A stretch of DNA of 64,000 nt from Squalus acanthias (Eukaryota), in assembly GCA_030390025.1 (NCBI GenBank), contig CM059432.1, positions 111,168,001 to 111,232,000 of the forward strand, read 5' to 3'. The translations under genes and the position numbers were made by a program. Under the pieces are notes generated by a model. The model was not told the origin of the DNA and did not search any database. It saw nothing but the letters and a program-made list of their open reading frames with translations. Shown piece by piece: positions 48,629 to 61,895 of the stretch; position 1 is the stretch's first letter, and every line of letters begins with the position of its first letter.

Positions 48629-51240
48629 GCCAGAGATTTTCCTTACCTCGGTGGGTCCGGGGCGGGCGATGTCGGTGGCGGGTCGCGGCCTCGCTGCTGG
48701 CTCCAGCCACTCTGGAAAATGAATTTACATTGACGGGGCTTGTTAAGCCCGCCTAACGCATTTCCCGGCCCAATTAGAGGAAGCGGGTCTGGTGACGTCA
48801 TTCATGACGCTTTATCAGCCGGTTTCCTTAAAGGGACCATGGCCACCTTACTTTTGACATTTGTGCTGTCAGTGTTCTACAGCACTGAAGTGCTGCAAAC
48901 ACTGACAATCACTGCACAGAAGTGCAGGGCTGCACCTGGGCTCTCCCATGACTCCCTAGAAATGCACGCAGGGAGGTCCTCTTCCCTTCCGATGGGCGGA
49001 AGAGACCACACCAGGACACCAACGCAGCCTGGTTGCACATTGCACAGGAGGACACAAGCAGGGATGTCGTCAGGAGGACTAGGCGACAGTGGCACAAATC
49101 TTTCAATGATCTCTGGCCACAGGGGAGGTGCCAGAGGACTGGAGAACAGCTAACGTAGTACCATTATTCAAGAAGGGTAGTAGGGATAAACCAGGGAATT
49201 GCAGGCCAGTGAGCCTAACATCAGTGGTAGGGAAATTATTGGAAAAAATTCTGAGGGACAGAATTAGTCTCCACTTGAAGAGGCAAGGATTAATCAAGGA
49301 TAGTCAGCATGGCTTTGTCAGGGGGAGATCATGTCTAACCAATTTGATTGAATTTTTCGAGGGGGTGACTAGGTGTGTGGATGAGGGTAGTGCAGTTGAT
49401 GTAGTCTACATGGACTTCAGTAAGGCTTTTGACAAAGTCCTGCATGGGAGACTGGTCAAGAAGGTAAGAGCCCATGGGATCCAGGGCAATTTGGCACATT
49501 GAATCCAAAATTGGCTTAGTGGCAGGAGGCAGAGGGTGATGGTCGAAGGTTGTTTTTGTGACTGGAAGCCTGTGTCCAGTGGTGTACCGCAGGGATCGGT
49601 GCTGGGTCCTTTGCTGTTTGTAGTGTACATTAATTATTTAGATATGAATGTAGGAGGTATGATCAGTAAGTTCGCAGATGACACGAAAATTGGTGGACTG
49701 GTAAATAGTGAGGAGGGAAGCCTCAGGCTACAGGACGATATAGACGGGTTGGTTAGATGGGCAGAACAGTGGCAAATGGAATTTAACCCTGAAAAGTGTG
49801 AGGTGATGCATTTTGGGAGGACTAACAAGGCAAGGGAATACATAATGAATGGTAGGACCCTAGGAAGGACAAAGGATCAGAGGGACCTTGGTGTGCATGT
49901 ACATAGATCCCTGAAGGCAGCAGGACAGGTAGATAAGGTGGTTAAAAAGGCATATGGGATACTTGCCTTCATTAGCCGAGGCATAGAATATAAGAGCAGG
50001 GAGGTTATGATGGAGCTGTACAAAACGCTAGTTAGGTCACAGCTGGAATACTGTGTGCAGTTCTGGTCGCCACACTATAGGAAGGATGTGATTGCATTGG
50101 AGAGGGTGCAGAGGAGATTCACCAGGATGTTACCTGGGCTGGAGCGCTTCAGCTATGAAGAGAGACTGGACAGGCTGGGGTTGTTTTCCTTCGAGCAGAG
50201 AAGGCTGAGGGGGGACCTGATTGAGGTGTACAAAATTATGAGGGGCATAGATAGGGTAGATAGAAAGGAACTTTTCCCTTAGTAGAGGGGTCAATAACCA
50301 GGGGGCATAGTTTCAAGCTAAGGGGCAGGAGGTTTAGAGGGGATTTGAGGAAAAACTTTTTCACCCAGAGGGTGGTTGGAATCTGGAACTCACTGCCTGA
50401 AAGGGTGGTAGAGGCAGGAACCCTCACCACATTCAAGAAGCATTTAGATGAGCACTTGAAACGCCATAGCATACAAGGCTACGGACCAAGTGCTGGAAAA
50501 TGGGATTAGAATAGACAGGGATTGATGGCTGGCGCGGACACGATGGGCCGAAGGGCCTCTTTCTGTGCTGTATAACTCTCTGACTCTATGACTCTATCTC
50601 TTTAGATCACGAAACGTTAGTACAAAGCCACACTCACCTTCATCCTCCTGTTCCTCTCATCACATCCCCATCACTCTACCTTCCCTACCCTACTCCTGCA
50701 CATCCTTACTCACACCAACATACCTTGCACCTCCACCCATCCCTCGCTCTCTATCTACATTATCACATCCCCATCTCACTAGCCACCCCTCACACTCACC
50801 CTCATCCTAGTGCAATCATACCAACTAACAACACACAAGGGTGTTTTATGCAATATTCATGTAAAATTTCTGTTGATGTGGTGTCAAACATTGAAACCTT
50901 TATTTTCAACACTTTCCATTCTTGGACAGATTTGTCTGCACTTTGGAAGTGGCTTAGTGAGTTGCAGTGAATGGTGAGTGAGTGTGATAGGAATGGCTTG
51001 GGCATTGTAGGGATGCTTTATGGTGTCGGTGTGGGGTGGTGCCAACCTGGAGCATCATATGGCAGCCATATGGGTGTACAGCGTCAAGTGAAGTAAATCT
51101 GGTCATGGTGAGGCCATCCCTGGCCTCCCGGGCAGCAATGTGGTTGGGTGCTGATGCCCTCTGTCCTGTGCCACACCAGGTAATTGCGGAGAAGGTTGGT
51201 GCTGTTATTGGTGCTGTTGGTGTGCGTGGTGCTGTTGGTG
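48629..51240 (+). mobile_element. Deleted Harbinger remnant (Myb exon 1 fragment, transposase 3' end on minus strand) split by a CR1
   Basis: REVLFPSDGRKRP..AAWLHIAQE..KSFNDL, resuming at about 50597; 51090-51135 resembles the reverse of transposase ends (GCTGCCCGGGAGGCCAGGGATGGCCTCA). Confidence 0.6.
49115..50596 (+). mobile_element. 5'-truncated CR1 LINE
   Basis: ORFs 49128-49502 and 49536-50282 with RT motifs; tail ACTCTATG; ATCTCT on both sides. Confidence 0.93.
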
Positions 51241-52257
51241 TTGCTCTCTTACTCTCTGCTCAAAGCTGCACCACTTACAGCCTCGTTAAACACAACACAC
51301 CCAGCACTCACAAGACTCCCCTCCCCCACTTCCCTTCACTGAAGCTGGGAAAAAGGATTGGAGTCTTTAAAGGAAGTGGGGTGGGATGAAGTATAATGCA
51401 GGCAGCTGTGGTAGTCTCCAGGCTTGTAATAGGAGTTTGATTCCAGAGATCGAGAGATAGAAGTACAAGAGTCAGAGATAGATTACAATCTCAACAATAG
51501 CCAACAGGACCCGTGGGCACGTCTGCCCCATGTTTCTCTTTGAGACTGGTGTGTTTCCAGCATTTTCTATTTTCATTGCAGCATTTGCAGATTTTTGTTT
51601 GTTTATTTTCTCCAGTTTACCCCATCTTTGCCTTTTTCCTTGTTTGGGCCTCTTCCATTGCCTTTTCACCCACTTACTTATTTGAACATTCTTTGTTCTT
51701 TTAATGTATTTTTACTGCTTCCTTATTAGATCTTTTGTATCATCTAACAGTTCCCTGCTTTTTAATTAAGTAGTTTGCAAGTTGTTCAACCCATCAACTT
51801 CCAGTCTGTGGGGTGAGTTTTCACTTCTACCGCCAGGCAGACAAAGGACAGGAGTGGATCAGCAGTCCATTTTACACCCCGCATGATTGTTGTTTGCATT
51901 AACTTCAGTGGAAACAAAGATTGGACAGGCTGTAAAACGTACAGCTAATGTGTTACTGTCCATTGGCTCAGTGAGTAAATACCTTGCATGGTGTGATTAG
52001 CTGGTGCACTACAATTGGCCACTATATTCCCAGACCTGGGAACAGAAAGGTTGCCTCAATACCTGTTGCTTCCAGTGACTTCTGTTGAAATGTGTGTGGA
52101 TGTCAGATGAGGACAAGTTTGGGTTTGACTGTGTGGACTATCTTGTTATACTTCACTTCCAATCACAATCCCAGCTCAAATGTGAAGAGTAGTCACTGAC
52201 TGAGGATTTTGGGGGTTATCACGATTCAAGGATCCATATCTCAGCTACATAAGAAGT

Positions 52258-52428
52258 TTAACTTCTCGTCCGAAAGACGGCACCTCCAACAGTACAGCAG
52301 TCCCTCAGCACTACACTGGAGTGTCAGTCTAGATTTTTGTGCTCAAATCTCTGGAGCGGTTGTGGACTTAAACCCACAACCTTCTGACTCAGAGGCGAGA
52401 GTGCCACCAACTGAGTCATGGCTGACCC
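52258..52428 (-). mobile_element. Deu-SINE 5' fragment
   Basis: CCGAAAGACGGCACCTCCAACAGT..CTTCTGACTCAGAGGCGAGAGTGC matches 11560-11710. Confidence 0.75.
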
Positions 52429-55164
52429 CAGACAGATAATTGAAAAATTATCGCTTTGATCTAAATGTAGATTTTACAAATTTGTGCTTCTAGCATGGAA
52501 ACCTACTTGTTGGGAATGCTTTTTGAGAATTCAGTCAGGGAGGCCCATGGATTTTTAGTGCATTAATTTTAACCAGGAAGCTCAGTGCCAGAGGCATGAA
52601 TGTGTAAGATTTACCCTTCTATTCCCCTTGGGATTGACTCAATGGTTGGGCACTCCCTGCGAGGAGTGACACTCACAGAGAGTGCAGGTTGTGGGCCATG
52701 ACCTTACACTCTCTGGGAGTGGCCGACCATGGAATCAGGCCTTATAGCTGTACACAAATGCTGTAGTGAACTAAAATGCCAACCAAAAGATTGTTTTTAT
52801 AAAGTAATGATCAAATGTCAAAGTGGTTGAGATATTTAAAATCAATCTTTTCTATCTTATTTTTCCCTGAAGCAGAAACCATTGGTTTCTATGAGCAACG
52901 TAAACAAGTACATGCTATCCAGCAATGTCATTGCTGCTTGATGAGGATGTCACTCAGTTATATGTTGGCAATCTGCCATTCGGAGCAGTTAATAGCTGGC
53001 AATGTGAATGGCTGCCAACTGAATAGAGTGTCCTGGACTGCAATAGATTTACAATATTAAACTAAAACATTAATATATCATCAATAGAGCAGGAGCTGTT
53101 TCTGATTTAAAACTTCTGCGTATGGCTCTCAGAGTCTCAGAGATAGGGATCTGTAAATTGAGAAAGAATGAAAAGAATAACAACAGCATAATCAAAACTA
53201 TTCATCTCAGGGATTACAGGACCAAAAATAATCACACCAGTGTTGGGCTTGATCTAAACTCGTGAGCAATTTTAAATTAGGCTAATAACACTTGTTTTAA
53301 CCTGATTCTGCTGAAATGAGGGCACTAGGAAGGAGCTGCACCTGGTAGCAGCAGCTAGGGGACTGAGTTTCTCCTAGTTATAATTTGCACACATTGAATG
53401 ATGTAGACTGCTGCACCATATGCTTCAGCATTCAATTTCTCGCTCCAGTTTGGTGTAGGGCAGTAGTGACCAAGAAAGACTCAGGTTCTTAGGTTGCTGC
53501 CATTTATTACACATTCCGAGTTGCCGTACAGGTATTAGGAGTTAACCGCGGGGTGGGGACTGGAATCATATGTAGGCCAAACCAGGGAGAGTTGCGCAGG
53601 ACCCCCTCCCCTCCACACAACGGCAACGCTCCCCTCAGTCCAATGAGCAAGGGGGTTAACCTGCACAAATTTATATTAAAATTTACCTTCTTTGGGGTTC
53701 CAGGCCAACCACTTACATCTTACATCTAACACTCCGCCAAGCACTTGGCATATTGGCTGCCACTACAATGTCAGGTCCCAACTGAAGATCAAGAGCAGGA
53801 ACTCCTGGTTTAAAAAGTCTCCGACTTCTACCTGTCATTTGTTTTGTTCAAGGCAATAAATAAACTCCCAAAAACAGCATAACCGGGTCTTGACCATTTT
53901 CCTGGGACCATGCCAGTCTCCTACTGGAGTTACAGCAGGAGACTGGCAGAACCGGCGTGAAATTTCAGGGCCATCATTTGTTAAAGCAATATACAGGGCT
54001 ATGGAGAGACAGTAGGGCACTGGAATCAGTTTTGAATTTCCCCAAACAAAAAGCCAGCACAGACACAATGGGCTTCCTTCAGACTGTAAAGTTTTATGGT
54101 TCTAGTAGGCTCTACATTAAAAAATTGTTGATATTTGAATTGCAACAACACCAAAGTCGCTTCAAATCAGGATAAAAACATTTTTCTCAAAGTGCTCTAT
54201 TATTTAAGTCAGGGAGTAAACAGAAGATAACTTATGTTGCACTATTCCCCTTGTTTTTGTTTACGAGTCCAGCTCATGTTTCTTCTGTCGACAGGACAAT
54301 ACTAGTGAGCAGATAACTGTAGTTAATGAGGGTTAAGCTGGAATAGAATGGGTGCCCAAAATGCCGAGTGGTTCATGATGAATCGTATGGTTGTATAGCT
54401 CTTAGTTCGTAGAGGATCTGCTCTCAAACAGAGGTGATTACAGCAACAATACCTTGTTATGGAGTCACTTGCCTCCATGTAGACTTCATTGAAAGGTAAT
54501 CTGGATAATATGGGGGAGTCTAATACACAGATATGGACTGCCATCTTCCAATAATGGTATTCACTAGAGTCTATCATTGAGCACATGGGAACAGCAGTGT
54601 TTTCTGCATTGGAGACCTCAGTTAAATAGACCATCGGCATAGTGAGAGCACCTTTTATTAGTATTTCCTCTGCTGCTCTGGAGACTTTGGACGGAATTTT
54701 CCCTTTGCCTTGGTGACAGGTTGGCAGTAAAAATCACCAAAATTGACATCGCGTCAGGAATCCACCGTCATCCCGCCGACTTCCGCATTTAACTCGGGTG
54801 CGTTTCCCAGCGCGTCACGGACCCAATCGGCAGAGGCGGGCGACCTCATTCAAGTAATTATCTGCTTGTTGACAGACCCTTAAGAGGGTTTTTAACACCA
54901 GCTTTTGGCTTTAACTTCTTGAGCACGGAATTCACGCACCTCGGGAACCTCGCCTGTAAAGGGGAGGCAGAAGCTCAGTGGCCATTGTGTGAGGGCATTA
55001 ATTGAGAGCTGGAAAAACACATAGATACTTCCACATTAAACCTGCTTACTTGGCTAATGGAAAGGCTCTTGCTGACTCTATTTTGTGCAGAGATTTAGCT
55101 TTCAGGAGTTTGCAGGTCATTTCTGCAATCTTGGAAGCCACGCTCACCACATTGCTACTCACTA

Positions 55165-56082
55165 TCACATTGAGGGATTGGCCAGCAGCACCAGCCACAC
55201 CAGCAGCAGCAGTCACAACACCAGCAGCCTTCTCCTCAGTGACCTGATGCTCCACAGGAGAGAAGGGGTCAGCACAGGGCTGCACCGCGCTGGAGGCAAT
55301 GCTCCTAACACAGGGTATGCAGGCAGAGGATGAACTTCCTGGACATGACTGAGCAGCAGTGCTTCAGGAGGCTCAGGCTATCGTGCCAGGTCATCACAGA
55401 CATTTGTAGCTTCCTGGAACAAGGCTTGCTGCCCAGAGGACCTGGTGGACACGCCTTACCAGTGGCTGTCAAAGTCACCACCACCCTCATTTTCTTCACC
55501 TCAGGCTCCTTCTAGGGATCTGCAGCAGACATTTGCAGGATCTCGCGGTCGGCCACCCACAGATGCATCACCCAGATCACCGATGCCATGTTTGATAAGT
55601 CAGCCAATTATGTCAACTTTGCCACTGATGAAGCCAGACTTACCGGTTGGCTGCTTGGAGACATGGGCTATCCACTGAAGACGTGGCTCATGACACCCTT
55701 GAGGAGACCAAGTACTGAGGCCCAGGAGAGATATAATGAAAGCCACTTGTCCACCAGATGTGACATAGAGCAGACAATAGGCATGTTGAAGATGCGCTTC
55801 AGATGCCTTGACAGATCAGGAGGAGCCCTTCAGTACGCACCAGCCAGGGTCTCCAGAATCGTCGTGGTCTGCTGCGGGCTGCACAACATAGCACAGCAGC
55901 AAGGTTTGGAGCTGCCGGTGGAGCAAGGTACAGAGCACACAGCCTCTTCAGAGGAGGACCAGGAGGAACAGGTGGAAGATGAGGAGGAGGAAGAGGAACC
56001 TGAGGGGAAGATGGCACCAGCAGTGGTGCACATTGCTGCCCGGGAGGCCCGGGATGGCCTCATCATGCCCAGATTTACTTAA
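55165..56082 (+). pseudogene. Harbinger transposase with internal deletion
   Basis: [34 protein letters not shown] joined directly to RLTGWLLGDMGYPL, so the IDCTH/NRKG block is missing. Confidence 0.9.
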
Positions 56083-56379
56083 CTTGCTCTAATGCAGCCA
56101 CAAGGCTGCCACATACTAAGTTCCCCCCCACCCCCACCCACCAACAACACCATAATGCATCCCTACAATGAACAAGCCTTTCCTCTCACCCAAACCCCCA
56201 TTGCTCGAGGTTAAGTAACATCTCACCATTCACTACAAGTGACAAGGCCAGTTCCCAGGTAGCAGGCAAAAATGGACAAGACCCGAAAGTGGTGCAAAGA
56301 AATAAATGTATCTGTGTCATCAAAATAACTGAAACTTAACACTAACGTTTGTTCATACACCCATGTGCATACCTTTGTG

Positions 56380-58205
56380 CATCTACTTTTGTGTCTTTTT
56401 CCTTTTCTGAGTGCTACTATGAGGTGCAACCCCTGTGGCTTCAGCAGAGGTAGAAACAGCCTGCTCACTTCCCTGCTGCTACTGCGAGAACACTATTGGC
56501 GGACGTCCTCTGGGTTTTGGAGCCTGTGATGGCTCCACCAAAGTCTGCTCCTCCTGCGACTGTGCAGGGACACACACAGCCATCAGGATCCGAGGAAGCA
56601 TGTGGAGCTCTGACTAAGGGAGAGGCAATGGGGGAGAAGTGTGAGCACTTTGAGAAGAGCCCCCACTTCCATGTCCCCTCTCACCATCATCCCTCTCATG
56701 GGCCACCCGCACTTCCCTGCTAGCAAGGAGCTGGAGAGCACCCTGCTTCACAGCAGTGGGTCGATGAACGCCCAAGTCTATGTTTACATCCCTCCTTGAG
56801 ATGACATCTGTGAGCGTCTGCCATCTGTTGTCCACAGCTAGCATGTGCTCATGTGACTGGTGCATTTGCTGCTCCATGCAGGTGGCCATCCTTTCCATGG
56901 AACAGCACATCATCGCCATCGCCTGCGACATGGTGGTGCTCATGTTGGAGATGGACTCCTCCATTCTCTGCACATTTGCAGACATCGTGGCTGCTAAAGC
57001 TGCCAGAGTCTCATGCAATTCTTGCTGCCCCTCCAAGGTCACCCTCTTTCTCTTTGGCCCCCGAGGCTCAGCGTCTGCATGCAGCTCAACAGAGCTGGGA
57101 GCGTCCTGCACCCTCCGACAAGGATTCTTCACTGCTCTCCCTGTCTACACCACCTGCTCTTGCTCACTTGTGCAGTGTGAGACACCAGGTGACAACACTA
57201 CTCTGTCTCGCACAGGACCCACTGAGTTTTGAATATCTGCACTGGTGCTGGGTGCGCTTGGGTCTGCTGACGCTGTACCCTCAGTGGCTGGAGCTTCCTC
57301 TGAGGAGTCGTCTTCCTCCTCCGGCTGGACAGTGGGGGGGCACTTGATGGACCTGTGGGAGAGTAAAGAGATGATGTAGGAGGTTATATTAAGAATGGGT
57401 TACTTTGCCATTATGCTCAGGATGAACATTCACTGGCTGCTGACATCAGTCACCATATGAGTGACTGCTGTATGCCATGTGGCTGTATGAGATGTAATTC
57501 TGTCACCAGAGTGCTGAGAGCTTCCCCTCTCTCCATCTCCCACTGCCAGCAGCTCTGCAACTCGAGTGATCTCCAGTGCCTCCTCCTCTGCTGGAGTCAA
57601 TTGTGTGAATACTGGAGGGCCACCTCCATTTCTCTGTCTCTCCCTATTGTTCTGGGCTCTCTTCTCCTACAAGGAGGGAAAGAAGAGAACTTTGAGTGAG
57701 AGTGATGGAATGAGTGTAAGGAATTGGATGGGTTACATCTGTAGAGGGTGACTATGAGGGAGTGGTGTGACATTGCCAAATGGCTTCCTTCTGTGGCGTT
57801 ACTTTCAAGATTGCATTAGGATGAGCGTGAGTGTGAGGGGTGGTTAGTCAGATGGGGATGTGAGTAGGTACATAGAGAGAGAGAAAAGGGTGGACCTGCA
57901 AGGTATGTTGGTGTGAGTAATGATGTGCAGGAGTAGGCTTGGGAAGGCAGAGTGATGGGGATGTGATGAGAGGCACATCAGGATGAAGTTGAGTGTGGCG
58001 TTGCACTCACCTTTCCTGAACTCATGAGATCATTGAATCTCTTGTGGCACTGAATCCACGTCCTCCTGACAACATCGCTGCTGCTGACCTCCTCTGTGAT
58101 CTGCAATCATGCTGTTTTCGTTTCTTTGGGTGGTCTTTTATGCCTTTGGCCAGGGAAGAGGACCTCCCTGTGGGCTCTCACTGCCTGCACCAGAACATCT
58201 TCAAC
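56380..58205 (-). pseudogene. Harbinger Myb-type gene (spliced, degenerate)
   Basis: Exon 1 about 58011-58200 (REVLFP..AWLQITEEVSS..RRTWIQCHKRFNDL, donor AAG|GTGAGT); last exon includes ORF 56614-57132. Confidence 0.78.
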
Positions 58206-58647
58206 ATTTGAAAAACAGTAGCAGGCAGCCATAAGGGAGGGATTCAAAAGCCTCAAAGATGCCCATTGTTCTATGTTCACACAGTGGGCACTGTGAGGAG
58301 ATGCCCTCCAGCAGTGGTAGCACAGTGGCAGTCACCTGAGATTCATGGAAATAGAAATTCTGTGCTATCATGTAGCCCAGCATGAGTGACAGTAGGTAAT
58401 GTCTTTGAAAGCACTGATAACACAAAAACTTTAGCAAAGCAGATTCCGAGCACTGATTCAGGCCCATCAGAGTTGCTGCAGATCAGAATGAGGGCCTTCT
58501 GTGTTCACTACAGCTTTGGAGTTGACTATGCAGCCAGCCACTTTACTACTTATCAGCTAGAGGTGCACTTAGTAGAAGGGTATACCTACAACCAACATAA
58601 AGAAGTTCACAACACTGTAGTGATAAATGTGACAACAAAATATGGTG

Positions 58648-60000
58648 GGAGCTAAATTCGACAGCCCCTGAAAACGGGCACGGGGATCACGATGCGCGAT
58701 TAACCTGCACCTGTTCAATGTGATGCAGGCAACACACCAACTTTGTGTTGCCAGTTGATTAACATGATTGCACCGTGCAGCCAGCGCTAACCGCACAGTT
58801 GATTGGCTGAGGGCCCAAAATCGTTACTTGCTAGCACCAGTTAAAGCTGGCCTGCACCTCTTAAAGGTGGGGTGCATTGCGGCTGGAGCAGGTGCTGGGT
58901 GTCGTGGTTGAAGAGATTCTGAACTGGGAATGAGTGAAGAATGGCGCAACAGCAGAGAGAGTGGCCTCGAAGATTTTCGGACGCTGCACTGAAGGCCTTG
59001 GTATGGGAGTTGGAAAGGAGGAGAGATGTCCTGTATCTGCAGGGGGAGATGCACAGTGAAAAGGTAGTGGGAGCAGATAGCAGTGGAGGTCAATGCCAGG
59101 GGTCAAGCCACGAGGGCCTGATCCAGTGCCACAAGAAGTTGAATGCCATGTCCCACCAACTGCCCCATCACTCACCTACCAACAATCTCCATCAGTTACG
59201 ACTCATACCTAACATTCATAGCTTCACCTCATCCTCACGCAGTCCGCACTGCTGCAAGCCACATCTCATAGCTTGTACACACTGCTAGCTATTCAACCAT
59301 GACAGCCACATCACCCAAACACATTGCACCACACTCACTGACACACTTCCCTCTCTCTTGTAGGAGAATGTGGTGCACAACCGGAGGCAGCAGGAGCTAA
59401 CCGGAGGGGGACAGGCACCCCTGCATGTCCTAACCACCATGGAGGAGACATTGCTGGCCATTATTGGAACGGTCATTTCTGAGGCCATGACCAACGGTGG
59501 GACTGAAACCCATCGAAGATGATGGTTTCCTCATATTAATCCTCCTTCTCACATCCAACTTCCCCCTCATCGCACAATCTCTTTTGATTTAAAAGCTGCA
59601 GAGGTGAAAGCATGCACCTCTTGCTTTTCCCCCTCCTCTCACCGCAACCCTTGTGCCATTTTCCTTTCAGATACCCAAGAACTACAACTTGGCCAGGCAG
59701 TGGAGGAAGATCAAGAAGAGAGTAATGATGAAGACACAAATGCCACCAGCTCAGATACTGACGCTGCGCGCAATTTAGAGGATAGGATGGACGTGGGATC
59801 TGCACGTGGTGAAATGCCAGGCACAAGTGGGCTGCAGCCAGGGCAGGGGGAAAGGGTTACACAGGTGCCAGCTCGCCAGGGGGCAAGGTCACACACGAGT
59901 TCTGCTGCAGAGGACTCAGATAAGCACTTTGATTGGGCAGGCTACAGAAGAAGGCTGATGGGTGTACACAATGAAATGCTTGGTGCTTTGGGAAGCCTGT
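58648..60000 (+). mobile_element. Harbinger Myb-side fragment
   Basis: Terminus GGGAGCTAAATT; MAQQQREWPRRFSDAALKALVWELERRRDVLY; colinear with 18875-20340, including acceptors. Confidence 0.85.
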
Positions 60001-60857
60001 CAGAAAGGGATATAGACAGGTTAAGTGAGTGGGCAATAAGGTGGCAGATGGAGTATAATGTGGAGAAATGTGAGGTTATTCACTTTGGTAGGAAGAATAG
60101 AAAAACAGAATATTTTTTAACTGGTGAGAAACTATTAAATGTTGGTGTTCAGAGAGATTTAGGTGTCCTCATGCAAGAAACACAAAGAGTTACCATGCAG
60201 GTACATCAAGCAATTGGGAAGGCAAATGGAATGTTTTCCTTTATTGCAAGGAGGTTGGAGTACAAGAGTAAGGAAGTCTTGCTATAATTGGTGAGCCAAC
60301 ACCTGGAGTAATGTGCACAGTTTTGGTCTCCTTATCTGAGGAAGGACATACTTGCCTTAGAGGGGGTGCAACAAAGGTTCACTCGATTGATTCCTGGGAT
60401 GAGAGGGTTGTTCTATGAGGAGAGACTGAGTAGATTGGGCCTATACTCTCTAGAGTTTAGAAGAATGAGAGGTGATCTCATTGAAACATATAAGATTCTG
60501 AGGCGGATTGACAGGGTTGATGCTGAGAGGTTGTTTCTCCCGGCTGGTGAGTCAAGAACTAGGGGGCATAGTCTCAGGATAAGGGGTCGGCCATTTAAGA
60601 TTGAGATGAGGAGGAATTTTTTTCACTCAGAAGGTTGTGAATATTTAGAATTTTCTATCCCAAAGGGCTGTGGATGCTGAGTCATTGAGTATATTCAAGG
60701 CTGAGATGGATAGTTTTTTGGACTCTATGGGAATCAAGGGATATATGGAGATCGGGCAGGAAAGTGGAGTTGAAGTAGAAGATCAACCATGATCTTATTG
60801 AATCAACAGGCTCGATGGGCCTTATGGCCTACTCCTGCTCCTAATTCTTATGTTCTT
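60001..60857 (+). mobile_element. CR1 3' fragment
   Basis: RDIDRLSEWA..WQMEYNVEKC..RRMRGDLIE; tail TTCTTATG. Confidence 0.92.
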
Positions 60858-60860
60858 ATT

Positions 60861-61626
60861 GGCCCAGAAATTGGAGTTCGATGGTTGCCACGGGGGTAAG
60901 GATCCCCCGCGATATCGCACTCCGCGCCTACCTTTATGGTTTTGGCCCACACGAACTTCAGTTCCTGGGCCTCTCCCTGGTGCCGGCGCGTAGTGTGTGC
61001 GTGTCCCAGAGGCGCAGTTAGTTCGATGCGACCTCTGGGATCACGTGGGCCAGTTAGAGCCAATGGCAGCACACCATCTTTCATTCATAGTTTTGACAGC
61101 AAGAGCTGTCAAAACTATGAATACAACAGTCCCCCAAAAGAACAGCTGAACCTCAATAAAAATATTTTAAAAAGCCATCACATTAATAAAATAACTATAG
61201 TTAAATAAATTAACCACTTTAAACAAAAATTTAAATTTTTGAAAAAATTAAAATTCTTTTTAAAAGTTATAAAAATAAACTTACCTTTCTTTAAAGTCTC
61301 TAAAAAAGATAAACCTGTTGAAATTTTTTTTAAATAATACTCAATTAACTACTTACCTTGTTAAAAGGGGGTCTTACGCCTGCTTTCTTTATGTGTAAAA
61401 TCTTCAACACTTACCTGCGCGTTCAAACCTGAAAAAAAAACTAAGTGCGCTGCATGCGCACAACCTGTAGCGCGCACGCGGTTCACTTAGGAACCGCCCC
61501 CTTCGCAATACCCGAAGTGCCGGTTTCCCACGCATGCGCAGTGCATGCAGGAAACCGGCACTTCGGGACCTAATACGCGAGAGTACACAGTGCGTACTCT
61601 CCCGTATTTGGTCTAATTTTCGGGCC
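60861..61626. mobile_element. 766-bp Harbinger-type MITE, same family as 30164-30882
   Basis: GGCCCAGAAATT...AATTTTCGGGCC, TSD ATT; internal sequence strongly similar to the first copy. Confidence 0.92.
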
Positions 61627-61639
61627 ATTATGTTCTTAA

Positions 61640-61895
61640 ATGCAGTCATCTTTCTTTGAACAGAGAGCCTCAGTGACTTCCTTTACCCAACAGTGGATGG
61701 CAAACTGCGAGATGTTGCAAATATCTCCAGCTCCAGCCTGGAAGGAACCTGACACATGAAAGTTCATCGCCATGGTCACCTTCACAGCCACTGGCAATGC
61801 GGTCCTCACCCTGCTCTGAGGTTGCAGTTGTGGCTGCAGCAGGTGTCAGATTTCAGTGAGGACGTCCTTATTGAAGTGCAGACGTCTCACACGTT
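61640..61895 (-). pseudogene. Harbinger transposase fragment
   Basis: Minus strand [42 protein letters not shown]. Confidence 0.8.

Larger units (their letters stand above)
54689..58205 (+). mobile_element. Near-complete Harbinger element (left terminus GGACGGAATTTT; right end missing)
   Basis: Transposase on the plus strand and Myb gene on the minus strand, convergent. Confidence 0.85.

Noticed and set aside
54323..54640. 105-aa ORF in unique DNA
   Set aside because: No recognisable motif and no convincing splice signals.
58205..58640. Possible BEL/Pao integrase relic (FGVDYAA resembles GVDYAGP)
   Set aside because: Only one short motif, with no LTR or other domains; it would need a BLASTX hit.
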